From an uncultured Gammaproteobacteria bacterium (lineage in GTDB: Bacteria > Patescibacteriota > Microgenomatia > UBA12405), in NCBI GenBank assembly GCA_964408995.1, contig CAYPBP010000001.1, forward strand, positions 10,823 to 74,822: a stretch of 64,000 nucleotides of DNA. The letters run 5' to 3'. Made by a program: the position numbers and the translations under genes. The notes under the pieces are model-generated. The model did no database searches. It saw only the letters and a program-made list of their open reading frames with translations, and had not been told where the DNA came from. Shown here piece after piece: positions 39,830 through 50,249 of this stretch (position 1 is the stretch's first letter; each line of letters opens with the position of its first letter).

Positions 39830-41351
39830 TATTAAGTTTGTAGTTATTCAAGCTGGAGGATTAGGTACAAGATTAGAACATCTCACTCACAATAAACCGA
39901 AATGTCTAGTTTCTATTATTGGTAAACCAATTCTTTTTCATACTTTTGATAATTTCAAAAATGCAAAATTTATAATCATTGCCGACTATAAAAAGGATGT
40001 ACTAAAAAAATATTTAGAAATATTTGCAAAAGATATAAACTATAAAATAGTAACTTCAGAAGAAAAAGGTACTTGCGCTGGAATAAATGAAGCTCTCGAT
40101 TTAATACCTAAAAAAGAACAATTTATTATCACTTGGAGTGATTTACTTTTTACCGGGAAACCTTTTAAAAACACAAGTAACAATACTAATAGTATTGGCT
40201 TATCACAAAACTTTACTTGTCGATGGAGATTTTACAATAATTCTTTAAATGAAAATAAAAGTAAAAAAAATGGAGTAGCTGGTTTTTTTATTTTTAAAGA
40301 TAAAAATGAATTAAATAATTTGCCTCAAGGTGGTGAATTTGTTCGATTTCTTAAAGAAAAAAAAATCAAATTTAAGCCACTAAAACTAATAAATACTTAT
40401 GAAGTAGGTACTATTGAAAAATATCTAAAAATTCAAAAGGATTATCCACCAGTCAGACCTTTCAATCAAATTATCAAACAAAAAAAAGTAATTATAAAAA
40501 AACCATTAGATCAACAAGGTAAAAATGTAGCCATAGATGAAAAAAATTTTTATAAAAAATTTGAAAAATTTAAATACAATTTTATCCCTAAAGTTTTTAA
40601 ATACAATCCATTTACAATGGAAAGAATTAATGGAAATTCATTATTCCTTTATAAGGAATTAACTAATAAAAATAAAAAAGAAATTTTACAAAATATAGTT
40701 TTGTCTTTAAAGAAAATTCACGAATCGTTTCCACCAATTTCTTCAAATAAGAATAATGACTATCAAGCTATAATTGGAAAAACATTTGATAGATTAAATA
40801 AAATTAAAGATCTCATTCCAAATATTGATTCTGATTTTTTTTATATAAATGAAAAAAAATGTATTAATGTTTTTAAAAACTGGAATCTAGTTGAAGAAAC
40901 AATGAATCATTTTTATCCGAAAGAATATTTTCCAATCCATGGAGACTTAACCTTCTCTAATACTCTTTACAATCCAAAAAAAAACAAAATATATATTATT
41001 GACCCAAGAGGATATTATGGTAATACTAAAATATTCGGTGATATTGATTATGATTGGGCAAAAATCTATTATTCCCTAGTTGGTAATTATGATCAATTTA
41101 ACATAAAAAATTTCAAACTTGAAATCGATAAAGAAAAAATCAAAATTGATATTAATTCAAACAATTGGGAATTTATAGAAAGTTATTTTTTTGAACTAAC
41201 CAACACAAATAAAGATAAAATTAAATTCTTTCATGCTATTATTTGGCTTTCTTTAACCACATATGCCTGGGATAACATTGACTCGATTCTAGGTGCCTTC
41301 TATAATGGTAGTTATTATTTACAAGATTTTTATGATAAAAAAACATTTTAA
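39819..41351 (+). CDS. Nucleotidyltransferase fused to an APH/choline-kinase-like domain
   Basis: N-terminal 'QAGGLGTRL...KPK'; C-terminal 'HGDLTFSN' and 'IDPRG'. Confidence 0.85.
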   Translation: MKNNIKFVVIQAGGLGTRLEHLTHNKPKCLVSIIGKPILFHTFDNFKNAKFIIIADYKKDVLKKYLEIFAKDINYKIVTSEEKGTCAGINEALDLIPKKEQFIITWSDLLFTGKPFKNTSNNTNSIGLSQNFTCRWRFYNNSLNENKSKKNGVAGFFIFKDKNELNNLPQGGEFVRFLKEKKIKFKPLKLINTYEVGTIEKYLKIQKDYPPVRPFNQIIKQKKVIIKKPLDQQGKNVAIDEKNFYKKFEKFKYNFIPKVFKYNPFTMERINGNSLFLYKELTNKNKKEILQNIVLSLKKIHESFPPISSNKNNDYQAIIGKTFDRLNKIKDLIPNIDSDFFYINEKKCINVFKNWNLVEETMNHFYPKEYFPIHGDLTFSNTLYNPKKNKIYIIDPRGYYGNTKIFGDIDYDWAKIYYSLVGNYDQFNIKNFKLEIDKEKIKIDINSNNWEFIESYFFELTNTNKDKIKFFHAIIWLSLTTYAWDNIDSILGAFYNGSYYLQDFYDKKTF

Positions 41352-41922
41352 ACAACAAATTGACACTTTATCTCAAGTATATAATTCATTTGATTCAAAA
41401 AATGCTGATCTTCTGCTTGAAGAATGCATAAAAACCATAAAATCAGGAAAAAAGATAATTTCAAGCGGACTAGGTAAAAATGCACCAATCTGTGAAAAAT
41501 TTAATGGAACACTAAATTCAATCGGAATTAAAGGATACTTTATGAATACTAATTCCGCTGTTCATGGTGATTTAGGTGTTATAGAAGATGGTGATCTTGT
41601 TATTTTATTATCAAAAAGTGGAAATACAGAAGAAACTGTTCATCTAGCCAAGTTAATTAAAAAATTTAAATCCCAAAACTGGCTTCTTACTTGTAGTGAA
41701 TCTTCAAAAACCGAAAAATTAGTAAACAATACAGTTGTATTTAATTTACTAAATGAAGGAGATCCTTGGAATCTTCTTCCAAATAATTCAACTATTCTTT
41801 TTCTTGTGTTTCTTCAATCACTAGCTATGGCTTTAATAGAAAAACAAAATATACCAATTAGAGTAATTAAAAGAAATCATCCAGGCGGAGCCATAGGAGA
41901 AAAACTTTTAAAAATAAAATAA
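41332..41922 (+). CDS. SIS-domain sugar-phosphate isomerase (KdsD/GutQ-like, no CBS domains)
   Basis: 'SGLGKN', 'AVHGDLG', 'SKSGNTEE', 'HPGGAIG'. Confidence 0.85.
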   Translation: MIKKHFKQQIDTLSQVYNSFDSKNADLLLEECIKTIKSGKKIISSGLGKNAPICEKFNGTLNSIGIKGYFMNTNSAVHGDLGVIEDGDLVILLSKSGNTEETVHLAKLIKKFKSQNWLLTCSESSKTEKLVNNTVVFNLLNEGDPWNLLPNNSTILFLVFLQSLAMALIEKQNIPIRVIKRNHPGGAIGEKLLKIK

Positions 41923-41923
41923 T

Positions 41924-42274
41924 ATGAATCAATTAGATAATCTTTCCGACTTACCAAAAACATGGTTAATAGATTTAGATGGTGTAATTTTTATTCATAA
42001 TTATTATTTAGAACACAATAAAGATAAACTAGTTACAGGAATAAAAAAACTTCTTAAAAAAATAGATAAAGACGATTGTTTAATTTTATTAACTGCACGT
42101 GAAGAAAAATATAAAGATTTAACTTTAAATTCACTTAAAAAATACAATATTAAATACAATCAAATAATATTTAACCTTCCTGTTGGAGAAAGAATACTTA
42201 TTAACGATGAAAAACCAAGAGGATTAAAAACAGCAATTGCAATAAATACAATTAGAAATAAAGCTCACTATTAG
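41924..42274 (+). CDS. Small capless HAD-family phosphatase
   Basis: 'IDLDGVI', 'LTAR', 'INDEKP'. Confidence 0.8.
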   Translation: MNQLDNLSDLPKTWLIDLDGVIFIHNYYLEHNKDKLVTGIKKLLKKIDKDDCLILLTAREEKYKDLTLNSLKKYNIKYNQIIFNLPVGERILINDEKPRGLKTAIAINTIRNKAHY

Positions 42275-42285
42275 TAAATTGAAAG

Positions 42286-43524
42286 ATGTATCACAAAAAA
42301 ACAACTAAAAAAATTCTAGTAATTTGCCAACATTATTGGCCAGAAAATTTTCGAATAACCGATATGTGTGAAGGCTTTATTGAAAGAGGATATGAAGTAG
42401 ATGTTTTATGCGGTATTCCAAATTATCCACTAGGTATTTTTTTTAATGGGTATTCTTATTTTAAAAACAGAAAAGAAATTCATAATAAAGTAAAAATTAA
42501 CCGCGTTTTTGAAATTCCCAGAAGAGGGAACTCTAATCTAATGATTTTTTTAAATTATATTTCTTTTCCAATCGCCAGTTTATTCCATTTACCAAGATTA
42601 TTAACTAAAAAATATGACAAAATATTTGTCTATCAACTTTCTCCAGTATTAATGGGAATTACCGGTATTATCTTGGGAAAAATAAAAAAAATCGAAACAA
42701 TTTTTTATGTTTTAGATTTATGGCCAGAAAATCTTTACTCGGTTTTAAAAATAAAAAATAAAACTTTACAAAAAATAGCCTTCAATGTTTCAACTTGGTT
42801 CTACAAAAAAGCTGACAAACTTATAGCTGTTTCTCCAGAAATGGAAACCTTATTAAGAAATAGGACCAGTAAACCTAAAAATAAAATAACAACTGCCTAT
42901 CAATACTGCGAAAAAATTTATGAGATACCTAAAAAGGATAAAAAATTAGAATCTAAATTTTCCAAATTTTTCAATATAGTTTTTACTGGAAACTTAAGTC
43001 CTGCTCAATCTTTAGAAACAATTACCAAAACAGCCATTTTGCTTAAAAAAAATGGTTATGAAAATAAAATACGTTTTATCGTTGTTGGTAATGGAATGTC
43101 TATGGTTTCTTTTACAAAAGAAATAGAAAAAAATAATTTAAATAAAATATTCATTTTTGAAGGTTTAAAGCCAAAAGAAGATATTCCTAAATACACAAAC
43201 CTTGCTAATGCACTTTTGGTAACCATGGCAAAAAGTGATTTATTAGAGTTAACCATACCAGCAAAAATTACCTCTTATATCGCCGCTAGCAAGCCAATTT
43301 TAGCATCAGTAGATGGATCTAGTAGCAAATTAATTAAGGAAATAAATTGTGGTCTTGTTTCTAAATCAGAAGATAGTCTTTCTTTGTATAAAAACATTGT
43401 ACTTTTATATAAAATGGACAAATCAAAAATAAAAAATCTTTGTAATAATGCCAAAGAATATCACTTAAAACATCTAGAAAGAAATAAAAGCCTTAGTAAG
43501 ATAATTAAATTTATTTTTAGCTAA
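42286..43524 (+). CDS. GT4, WbuB-like (putative L-FucNAc transferase)
   Basis: 'QHYWPE', 'PNYP.G', 'DLWPE', 'TIPAKI.SY'; adjacent to fnlABC. Confidence 0.85.
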   Translation: MYHKKTTKKILVICQHYWPENFRITDMCEGFIERGYEVDVLCGIPNYPLGIFFNGYSYFKNRKEIHNKVKINRVFEIPRRGNSNLMIFLNYISFPIASLFHLPRLLTKKYDKIFVYQLSPVLMGITGIILGKIKKIETIFYVLDLWPENLYSVLKIKNKTLQKIAFNVSTWFYKKADKLIAVSPEMETLLRNRTSKPKNKITTAYQYCEKIYEIPKKDKKLESKFSKFFNIVFTGNLSPAQSLETITKTAILLKKNGYENKIRFIVVGNGMSMVSFTKEIEKNNLNKIFIFEGLKPKEDIPKYTNLANALLVTMAKSDLLELTIPAKITSYIAASKPILASVDGSSSKLIKEINCGLVSKSEDSLSLYKNIVLLYKMDKSKIKNLCNNAKEYHLKHLERNKSLSKIIKFIFS

Positions 43525-44641
43525 TCTTTTTCCAAACTTCTCGGTTAACATAATCTGTATAAGACAGAATAATTTTCAAAATTTTATCCGATACATTGGG
43601 AACATTGTAATCAGAAACTATTCTTGTCTTATTTTCTGTTTCAAGTATTTTTAATCCTTGTAATATTCTGTCTTTTTTTAATCCAACCATCATAACAGCC
43701 ACTTCTTCCATAGCCTCAGGTCTTTCATGGGCTTGTCTTATATTAAGAGCTTTAAATCCAAGAATAGAAGATTCTTCACTAATTGTTCCACTATCACTAA
43801 TTACTGCTTTAGAATTAACTTGAAGATTTAGATAATCATTAAAACCAAGTGGCTTCATCAATGAAATCAATGAATTTAAAACAACTCCCTTAGAGTCTAT
43901 CATTTTTCTAGTTCTTGGATGAGTACTAACTATAATTGGTAATTTAAATTCTTCAGCTAGTGTGTTTAAACTTTCAATTAAATCCTCAAAATTATTTTCA
44001 ATGTTTATATTTTCTTCTCTGTGAGCAGATACTACAAAATATTTTCCTTGCTTCAATGACAGTTTTTTTAAAACATCAGATTTTTCAATGTCTCTCTTTT
44101 TGGAATTAATAACTTCAAACATCGGACTACCAGTTTTAATTATCCTATCAGCAGGCAAACCTTCTTTTAATAAATATTCTCTGGCAATAGAACTATAAGT
44201 TAAATTAATATCAGAAATATGATCAACTATTTTTCTATTGGTTTCTTCAGGAACTCTTTGATCAAAACATCTATTTCCGGCTTCCATATGAAAAATAGGA
44301 ATATGTCTTCTCTTTGCAGCTATTGCACATAAACAACTATTTGTATCTCCAAGGATAAGAAAAGCATCAGGTTTTACTTCTTCTAAAACAATATCTATTT
44401 TGATTAAAATATTCCCAATAGTCTCAATAGCATTTTCACCAGCTGCATCAAGAAAATAATCCGGTTTTTTTAAATTAAAATCTTTAAAAAAGATTTCATT
44501 AAGTTCATAATCATAATTTTGACCAGTGTGTACAAGAATATGATCTATTGCCTCTGATTCTTCTAATTTTTTGATTACTGCCGACAATCTTATTATTTCT
44601 GGTCTAGTTCCAACCACTGTTATTACTTTAAGTTTTTTCAT
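43517..44641 (-). CDS. fnlC: UDP-sugar 2-epimerase (FnlC/WbjD/Cap5G)
   Basis: 'VGTRPEIIRLS', 'HTGQNYD', 'HMEAGNRCFDQRVPEE'. Confidence 0.9.
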   Translation of the reverse strand: MKKLKVITVVGTRPEIIRLSAVIKKLEESEAIDHILVHTGQNYDYELNEIFFKDFNLKKPDYFLDAAGENAIETIGNILIKIDIVLEEVKPDAFLILGDTNSCLCAIAAKRRHIPIFHMEAGNRCFDQRVPEETNRKIVDHISDINLTYSSIAREYLLKEGLPADRIIKTGSPMFEVINSKKRDIEKSDVLKKLSLKQGKYFVVSAHREENINIENNFEDLIESLNTLAEEFKLPIIVSTHPRTRKMIDSKGVVLNSLISLMKPLGFNDYLNLQVNSKAVISDSGTISEESSILGFKALNIRQAHERPEAMEEVAVMMVGLKKDRILQGLKILETENKTRIVSDYNVPNVSDKILKIILSYTDYVNREVWKKIS

Positions 44642-44644
44642 AAA

Positions 44645-45751
44645 TTAAATCTCCATTAAATATGTATCTGGTGAATTTTGATCAAATATCTCATTACACC
44701 ACAATAATAATACCATCTCATCTTTTCCTATATTTTCTATTTTATGTGTATATCCAACTGGTATATTAATTATTTTAAATTCTTTATCATTTACAAGAAA
44801 TTCTTTTGAATCATTTGTAATGATATGTTTAAAAGTAATTTTTGCACTTCCTTTTACCACTATAAACTTTTCCATTTTTGTATGGTGATAATGATTTCCC
44901 CTAATAACTCCTGGTTTTGATACGGAAACAGACATCTGCCCACTATCAACAGTTCTAATTAATTCTGTAAAATTTCCTCTCTCGTCTATATTCATTTTAG
45001 GAATAAAAACAATATCATCTAATTCAACATAAGAAAGATAAGTCGAAAATAATTTCTTTACAAATTCATCACCTGTCTGAGGAACCAATATACTATCCAT
45101 ATTATTCTTAAACCCTTTTATTCTATTTGCTAACTCACCAACAGTAATCTTGTAAAGCGGTTTTATAGAATAAAAATCATTTCTCTTTATCAGCTTATTT
45201 GTTTTCAATATATTTAGAAATTCTTTTATTACATCATCAATATATATTAATTCTAATTCAGCTTTTTTATCATTAACAATGATATTTAAATTATGAGAAA
45301 CATTGTAACAAAAAGTTGCAACTACTGAATTATAATTCGGTCTACACCACTTTCCAAATACGTTATTTAATCTATATATATATGAATTATTATAATCTTT
45401 TAATAAATCCTCTGCCAATTTTTTACTTTTTCCATAGTCATTATCCTTGGTAACTTGAATACTAGACGTCATTACAATCGGTATATTAAGTTTATTCTCT
45501 TTTAATAAATCTATGATTGACTTAGTTAAATCAGTATTCCCTTTATAAAACTCCTTTATATCTTCAGGTCTATTAACACCAGCTAAATGAAAAATAAAAT
45601 CTATATTTTTAATATTATCTCTAATAATAGAAAAATCATCTTCTTTATCAAAATAAATAATTTCTATATTATTTATTTCTTTTAAATGAGAACATAAATT
45701 TTTTCCAATAAAACCATTCGAACCAGTAACTAAAACTTTAATCTTTTTCAT
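44645..45751 (-). CDS. fnlB: Reductase/epimerase with cupin domain (FnlB/WbjC/Cap5F)
   Basis: 'HLAGVNRP', 'GKWCRPNYNSVVATFC', 'RGNHYHHTK.EKF'. Confidence 0.92.
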   Translation of the reverse strand: MKKIKVLVTGSNGFIGKNLCSHLKEINNIEIIYFDKEDDFSIIRDNIKNIDFIFHLAGVNRPEDIKEFYKGNTDLTKSIIDLLKENKLNIPIVMTSSIQVTKDNDYGKSKKLAEDLLKDYNNSYIYRLNNVFGKWCRPNYNSVVATFCYNVSHNLNIIVNDKKAELELIYIDDVIKEFLNILKTNKLIKRNDFYSIKPLYKITVGELANRIKGFKNNMDSILVPQTGDEFVKKLFSTYLSYVELDDIVFIPKMNIDERGNFTELIRTVDSGQMSVSVSKPGVIRGNHYHHTKMEKFIVVKGSAKITFKHIITNDSKEFLVNDKEFKIINIPVGYTHKIENIGKDEMVLLLWCNEIFDQNSPDTYLMEI

Positions 45752-45752
45752 T

Positions 45753-46784
45753 TTACTTTTGTTTTAATTCATTTTGAATAAAATCTAGTTTAATCAATTT
45801 TTCTACTACCTCATCAACAGTAAGTCTTTTTGTATTATGTGAAGTATAATCTTCCTCTTTTGAAATTTCTTTATCACCTTGGGTAAAATATTTTGCATAA
45901 TTTAAATCACGACTATCAATAGGCACTCTAAAGAATCCCCCAAGATCTTCTGCCTTTGCCATTTCTTCCCGATTTACTAAAGTTTCATACAATTTTTCAC
46001 CATGACGAGAGCCAATTACTTTAATATTATTTTTTGCTTTAAATATCTTTTGTAAAGCTAGAGCCAAATCCATGATTGTTGACGCTGGTGCTTTTTGCAC
46101 AAAAATATCACCACTTTTTGCATTTTCATAAGCATATAAAACCAAACTTACTGATTCATCCAAAGACATCAAAAATCTAGTCATATTTGGATCCGTTACT
46201 GTAATATCTTTATTTTCTTTAATTTGCTTCACAAATAGGGGAATAACAGAACCTCTCGAAGCCATCACATTTCCATATCTAGTTGCACAAAAAGTTGTTT
46301 GATTACAATCCACAGACCTTGCTTTTGCCATCATTAATTTTTCCATTAATGCTTTGGTCATCCCCATAGCATTAACTGGATATACTGCCTTATCAGTACT
46401 CAAAACTATTACTTTTCCAACTTTGTTATTCTCGGCTGCGTTCAAAACATTGTTTGCTCCAATTATATTTGTTTTAACAGCTTCCATTGGAAAAAACTCA
46501 CAAGAAGGCACTTGTTTTAATGCTGCTGCATGAAACACAAAATCAACTCCACACATTGCCTTATTTATACTTTCATAATCTCTAACATCTCCAATAATGA
46601 ATTTTAATTTAGAATCACAAATTTCATTTCGCATTTTATCTTGTTTTTCTTCATCACGGCTAAAAATACGGATTTCACCAATATCAGTATTATTCAAAAA
46701 ATATCTAAGCATTCTATTACCAAAAGATCCAGTTCCCCCAGTAATAAGTAATGTTTTATTTTTAAAATTCATTTGTTTTTTCAT
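45753..46784 (-). CDS. fnlA: UDP-GlcNAc 4,6-dehydratase/5-epimerase (FnlA/WbjB/Cap5E)
   Basis: 'GGTGSFG', 'HAAALKQVPSCEFFP', 'TRYGNVMASRGSVIP'. Confidence 0.93.
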   Translation of the reverse strand: MKKQMNFKNKTLLITGGTGSFGNRMLRYFLNNTDIGEIRIFSRDEEKQDKMRNEICDSKLKFIIGDVRDYESINKAMCGVDFVFHAAALKQVPSCEFFPMEAVKTNIIGANNVLNAAENNKVGKVIVLSTDKAVYPVNAMGMTKALMEKLMMAKARSVDCNQTTFCATRYGNVMASRGSVIPLFVKQIKENKDITVTDPNMTRFLMSLDESVSLVLYAYENAKSGDIFVQKAPASTIMDLALALQKIFKAKNNIKVIGSRHGEKLYETLVNREEMAKAEDLGGFFRVPIDSRDLNYAKYFTQGDKEISKEEDYTSHNTKRLTVDEVVEKLIKLDFIQNELKQK

Positions 46785-47116
46785 AATTTTTTATTTTTAA
46801 CTGCTATTTTTCTAACCAATATTTCCATTTGTGTTTCCATTTTTTTTATTTTTATATTATTTTCAATCGATACATAAGTCAAAATCATAAAAGCCCCAAT
46901 CATTCCTAAATCCATTACTCTTACAAGAAATAACTCTTTTAATAAAGGTTCTAGAATTTTTGGAAATATAGCTATAAAAATAAAAACAATAAAAACAAAC
47001 ATCCAAAAAAAGAACAAATTATTTGAAATATCTTTCTTTTTCCAATGCAAAAACAAGGAATACATCATTAATATTGCAAAAGCCAACAAGACTATTTGTA
47101 GTGTGATTACATTCAT
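46781..47116 (-). CDS. DUF2304-like small membrane protein
   Basis: 111 aa, three TM helices plus a C-terminal coiled segment; follows a DPM-like GT2. Confidence 0.75.
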   Translation of the reverse strand: MNVITLQIVLLAFAILMMYSLFLHWKKKDISNNLFFFWMFVFIVFIFIAIFPKILEPLLKELFLVRVMDLGMIGAFMILTYVSIENNIKIKKMETQMEILVRKIAVKNKKL

Positions 47117-47787
47117 ATATTAAAATACCAAAAGGGGATTTTAAATAATATTTTTAATGCATCAAAAATTGTTACCCCTTTGTACTTGTCAATATAAATT
47201 GTATCAATTTTTACTTCAAAAAAGGGTATTTTATTTTTTCCAACCTTTGTTGCCATTTCAGTTTCAATCCCATATCTAGACGACTTCCAATTAATCTTTT
47301 TATAAACATCCTTTCTAAAACCCAAAAATCCACAAAGTAAATCTTTTCTCTTTATATTAAACAAAAATCCAATTAAAAAACCAGCAAATCTATTACCATT
47401 TCGCCTTATCCAAGGCGCATTTTTGTTTAGCTCTCTGTAACCAAACACCACTGGATATTTTTCTAATTCTTCTATAAATTTTGGTAAATATTTTGGATTG
47501 TGTTGACCATCAGCATCTATAAAAATTACAGCCTCTCCACCCAATTTCCAAGCAATTTTTAAACCAGTTTTCATTGCTGCACCTTTACCAAGATTTATTA
47601 TATGACTAGAAATAATTACTTTAGAATTATTTTTAAAATTATTCTCTAAAATTTCTAAAGAATTGTCTGATGACCCATCGTCTATCACAATTATATTTAA
47701 ATCTTTATCTGTCTTTAGAATTTGTTTAATTGTTTCTACAGCTCTATTTTCTTCATTATAAACTGGAACAATTACAAAAATATTCAT
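47113..47787 (-). CDS. GT2, polyprenol-phosphate glycosyltransferase-like
   Basis: 'NLGKGAA', 'DADGQH'. Confidence 0.9.
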   Translation of the reverse strand: MNIFVIVPVYNEENRAVETIKQILKTDKDLNIIVIDDGSSDNSLEILENNFKNNSKVIISSHIINLGKGAAMKTGLKIAWKLGGEAVIFIDADGQHNPKYLPKFIEELEKYPVVFGYRELNKNAPWIRRNGNRFAGFLIGFLFNIKRKDLLCGFLGFRKDVYKKINWKSSRYGIETEMATKVGKNKIPFFEVKIDTIYIDKYKGVTIFDALKILFKIPFWYFNI

Positions 47788-49367
47788 TTCTTTAATTCTA
47801 ATTTATATAATTTACATTCATCAAGACAACCACTTTTAACTTGGATAAATCTAAAAACTTTTTCTAAACTATAATATTGACTATCTAAAGAACCTTTGTA
47901 GTAAGTCAAATAATAATTTGTTACATAAATTTCTTTCCCTTGATTCAATAAGTTTTTATATAAATCAACTACAGTTTTATCTTTCTCAAAATATCTATCA
48001 ATAAAACCTTTTCCAGGACCAGAAAATTCTTGACCTTTTGATAATGGCAAAAAATTATAATTTTCATTACCAAAAAACATTACATAAAAAGGATTCAGTG
48101 CTGTTCCTAAATAAACATCTTTTTTATCCTTAAAATATTCATTAATATTTTGAATAGCAATATAACTCCAAGGAATTTCATTTTGTTCTAACTGATTATT
48201 TAAAATTTGTCTTTTCAAACTAGTAGCTTTTCTTTCATAAAATCCATTTACAGTTCCTCTTGTTAAGAGATACATGCCTAAAAATAAAATAATCCAAATA
48301 GAATTTTTAAATCTTATTAAAATTATTCCAGAAAATAATAAAAATAAAGGTATTACTGTTGAAATATATCTTCCCTCAGGATAACTCATCATTGAATGAA
48401 ACAATGTCACCCCAAAAATAACAGACGCTAAAATCAATATATTACTTCTATATTTCTTCAAAAACAAACCTAAAAACATCCCACCTAAACAAAAAAAACA
48501 AATAATTTGTTCCAATTGTTGATTATTGTACCATAGATAACTTCCATCAACACCTATAAATTCCTTAAGAAAAATAGGCAAAGTTTTTTTAATAAAATTT
48601 ATTGAAAAAAGACCACTAGAAGCAGGTAAAGCTTTCGCATTTGGCAAAACAATTTTAATAAAAGTTATACTCGTTATTAGTATAAATAAAACACCTAAAA
48701 ACAAGCACCATTTTTTAGGAATTTTATATATAAATTTTGATTTTATAACTTTAATTAACAAAACTACTCCCATCACTAATACCACAGGAAAACTCGACAA
48801 TTTAGTAAAAGCTAATAATACTATAACCACTAAACTCAAAATAAAATTTAATAAATCTATTTTTTTTAAAGATAAAATTACAGCTACTAAAGTTAATGGA
48901 ATCAAAATATTTTCTGCCATTAATAATGTTGGTAAATTATAGAAATAAAAATTAGTTACTAAAACCAACCCTAAAGCAAATTTTAAAAAATATTTTTCTT
49001 TTTCAAAAAAAGTTTCAGCTAAAATCAAAAACAAATATATACTTATAAAACACAAAACTAAGTTAGCAAAATAATAACTTCGAACATCATCAAAAACTAA
49101 AAAAAATGGAGTTAAATAAAAGCTATATAAAGGAGTAGAAAGTTTTCCAATTTCAATTCCAAAAGCTTCCATCTTAAATCCTTTTTCATGAACTAAATTC
49201 CATGCTGGCACTGAATAATAAAAAACATCTGGTGATGGTTCTAGGTTGGATATTAAATTATTAGTTTTATATGGATTTTTAAAAGCTAAACTCAAATAAA
49301 TAAAAGCTAAAAAAATAAAAGCAATTAAAAAACTATTTTTATTTAAAAAAACATTAATTCTCTTCAT
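47784..49367 (-). CDS. Multi-TM membrane protein, probable GT-C
   Basis: 527 aa, 'NLEPSPD', 'EGRY'; in an operon with the GT2. Confidence 0.65.
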   Translation of the reverse strand: MKRINVFLNKNSFLIAFIFLAFIYLSLAFKNPYKTNNLISNLEPSPDVFYYSVPAWNLVHEKGFKMEAFGIEIGKLSTPLYSFYLTPFFLVFDDVRSYYFANLVLCFISIYLFLILAETFFEKEKYFLKFALGLVLVTNFYFYNLPTLLMAENILIPLTLVAVILSLKKIDLLNFILSLVVIVLLAFTKLSSFPVVLVMGVVLLIKVIKSKFIYKIPKKWCLFLGVLFILITSITFIKIVLPNAKALPASSGLFSINFIKKTLPIFLKEFIGVDGSYLWYNNQQLEQIICFFCLGGMFLGLFLKKYRSNILILASVIFGVTLFHSMMSYPEGRYISTVIPLFLLFSGIILIRFKNSIWIILFLGMYLLTRGTVNGFYERKATSLKRQILNNQLEQNEIPWSYIAIQNINEYFKDKKDVYLGTALNPFYVMFFGNENYNFLPLSKGQEFSGPGKGFIDRYFEKDKTVVDLYKNLLNQGKEIYVTNYYLTYYKGSLDSQYYSLEKVFRFIQVKSGCLDECKLYKLELKK

Positions 49368-49702
49368 TCTAATTACTTTTATAACATAAAATGTATTCTA
49401 TAATTCACTATAGTGAAAAAATCTTTCTATTTAAATTCATTAACTCAAAATGGCACAACTCTAAATAAATATTCTCAAAACAATTTTAATTCCGATCAAT
49501 TAAAAAACTACCAACTCATCCAATATGACATTTTATCTGGTAAACAATATTCTTTGAAATAAACTTTTGTGCTAAAATATTCCACTAATAGACAATAGCG
49601 TCTAATTAGTCACACTTTAAAAAAGGAAAGGGGAGAAAAAATGTTTTGAGCTAAGATATCTTTCTTTGATCACCAAATCTACTATGAAGAAAGGAAATAA
49701 TA

Positions 49703-49885
49703 ATGTCCGATTATCTTGAAATTAGGCATTCCCTTGTAAGTGGAGGAAAAACAATTAACCAAATTTGTGAAGAAACAAAACTCCAAATGGGAAAAGTGAT
49801 GAAAATTATACACCGCACCCATAAAAAGCATTTTTGTGTTATCGATTGTAAAATCCATATTAAAAGACAAAAAGAGGGAAAATAG
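49703..49885 (+). CDS. Small winged-helix-like protein 1
   Basis: 60 aa; SD aaagga; 'GGKTINQICEETKL' HTH pattern followed by a beta-wing. Confidence 0.65.
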   Translation: MSDYLEIRHSLVSGGKTINQICEETKLQMGKVMKIIHRTHKKHFCVIDCKIHIKRQKEGK

Positions 49886-49886
49886 T

Positions 49887-50066
49887 ATGTGTAAATATTC
49901 GCAGATTATTGAATGTCTTCAAGGCGGTCCTATCCATGTTTCAAAATTATCCAAAAAAACCGATTGTTCTTTAAAAGAAATAAAAGATGAACTCAAAAGA
50001 AAGGGCAAGAAGTTTTTAATAGCCAACGGCAAAATCAGCTTAATAGAAAGTACGGAGGCAAAATAA
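49887..50066 (+). CDS. Small winged-helix-like protein 2
   Basis: 59 aa from ATG 49887; SD gaggg; 'GGPIHVSKLSKKTDC'. Confidence 0.65.
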   Translation: MCKYSQIIECLQGGPIHVSKLSKKTDCSLKEIKDELKRKGKKFLIANGKISLIESTEAK

Positions 50067-50249
50067 ATGACCAAATTCAGAAAAGTCACAACGGCCTTAA
50101 ACAAATCAGGTAAAAAAACCCTAAAAGAAATTGCAAATGAAACAGGCCTGAGTGAAGAAGCGGTTAATGATGTTATTTTAAAACACCAAGACATTATCGA
50201 ATCCAAACAAAACGGAATATATTTTTACTCATACCAATACCCCTCTTAA
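50067..50249 (+). CDS. Small winged-helix-like protein 3
   Basis: 60 aa; SD ggagg; 'GKKTLKEIANETGLSEEAV'. Confidence 0.75.
   Translation: MTKFRKVTTALNKSGKKTLKEIANETGLSEEAVNDVILKHQDIIESKQNGIYFYSYQYPS

Noticed and set aside
41332-41922. Kdo/LPS biosynthesis
   Set aside because: No kdsA, kdsB, waaA or lipid A genes in the window; the SIS gene's context points to another sugar.
49641-49700. TGA recoding (genetic code 25 or selenocysteine) in the leader ORF
   Set aside because: TGA serves as a normal stop for many genes here and the long ORFs are intact in code 11.
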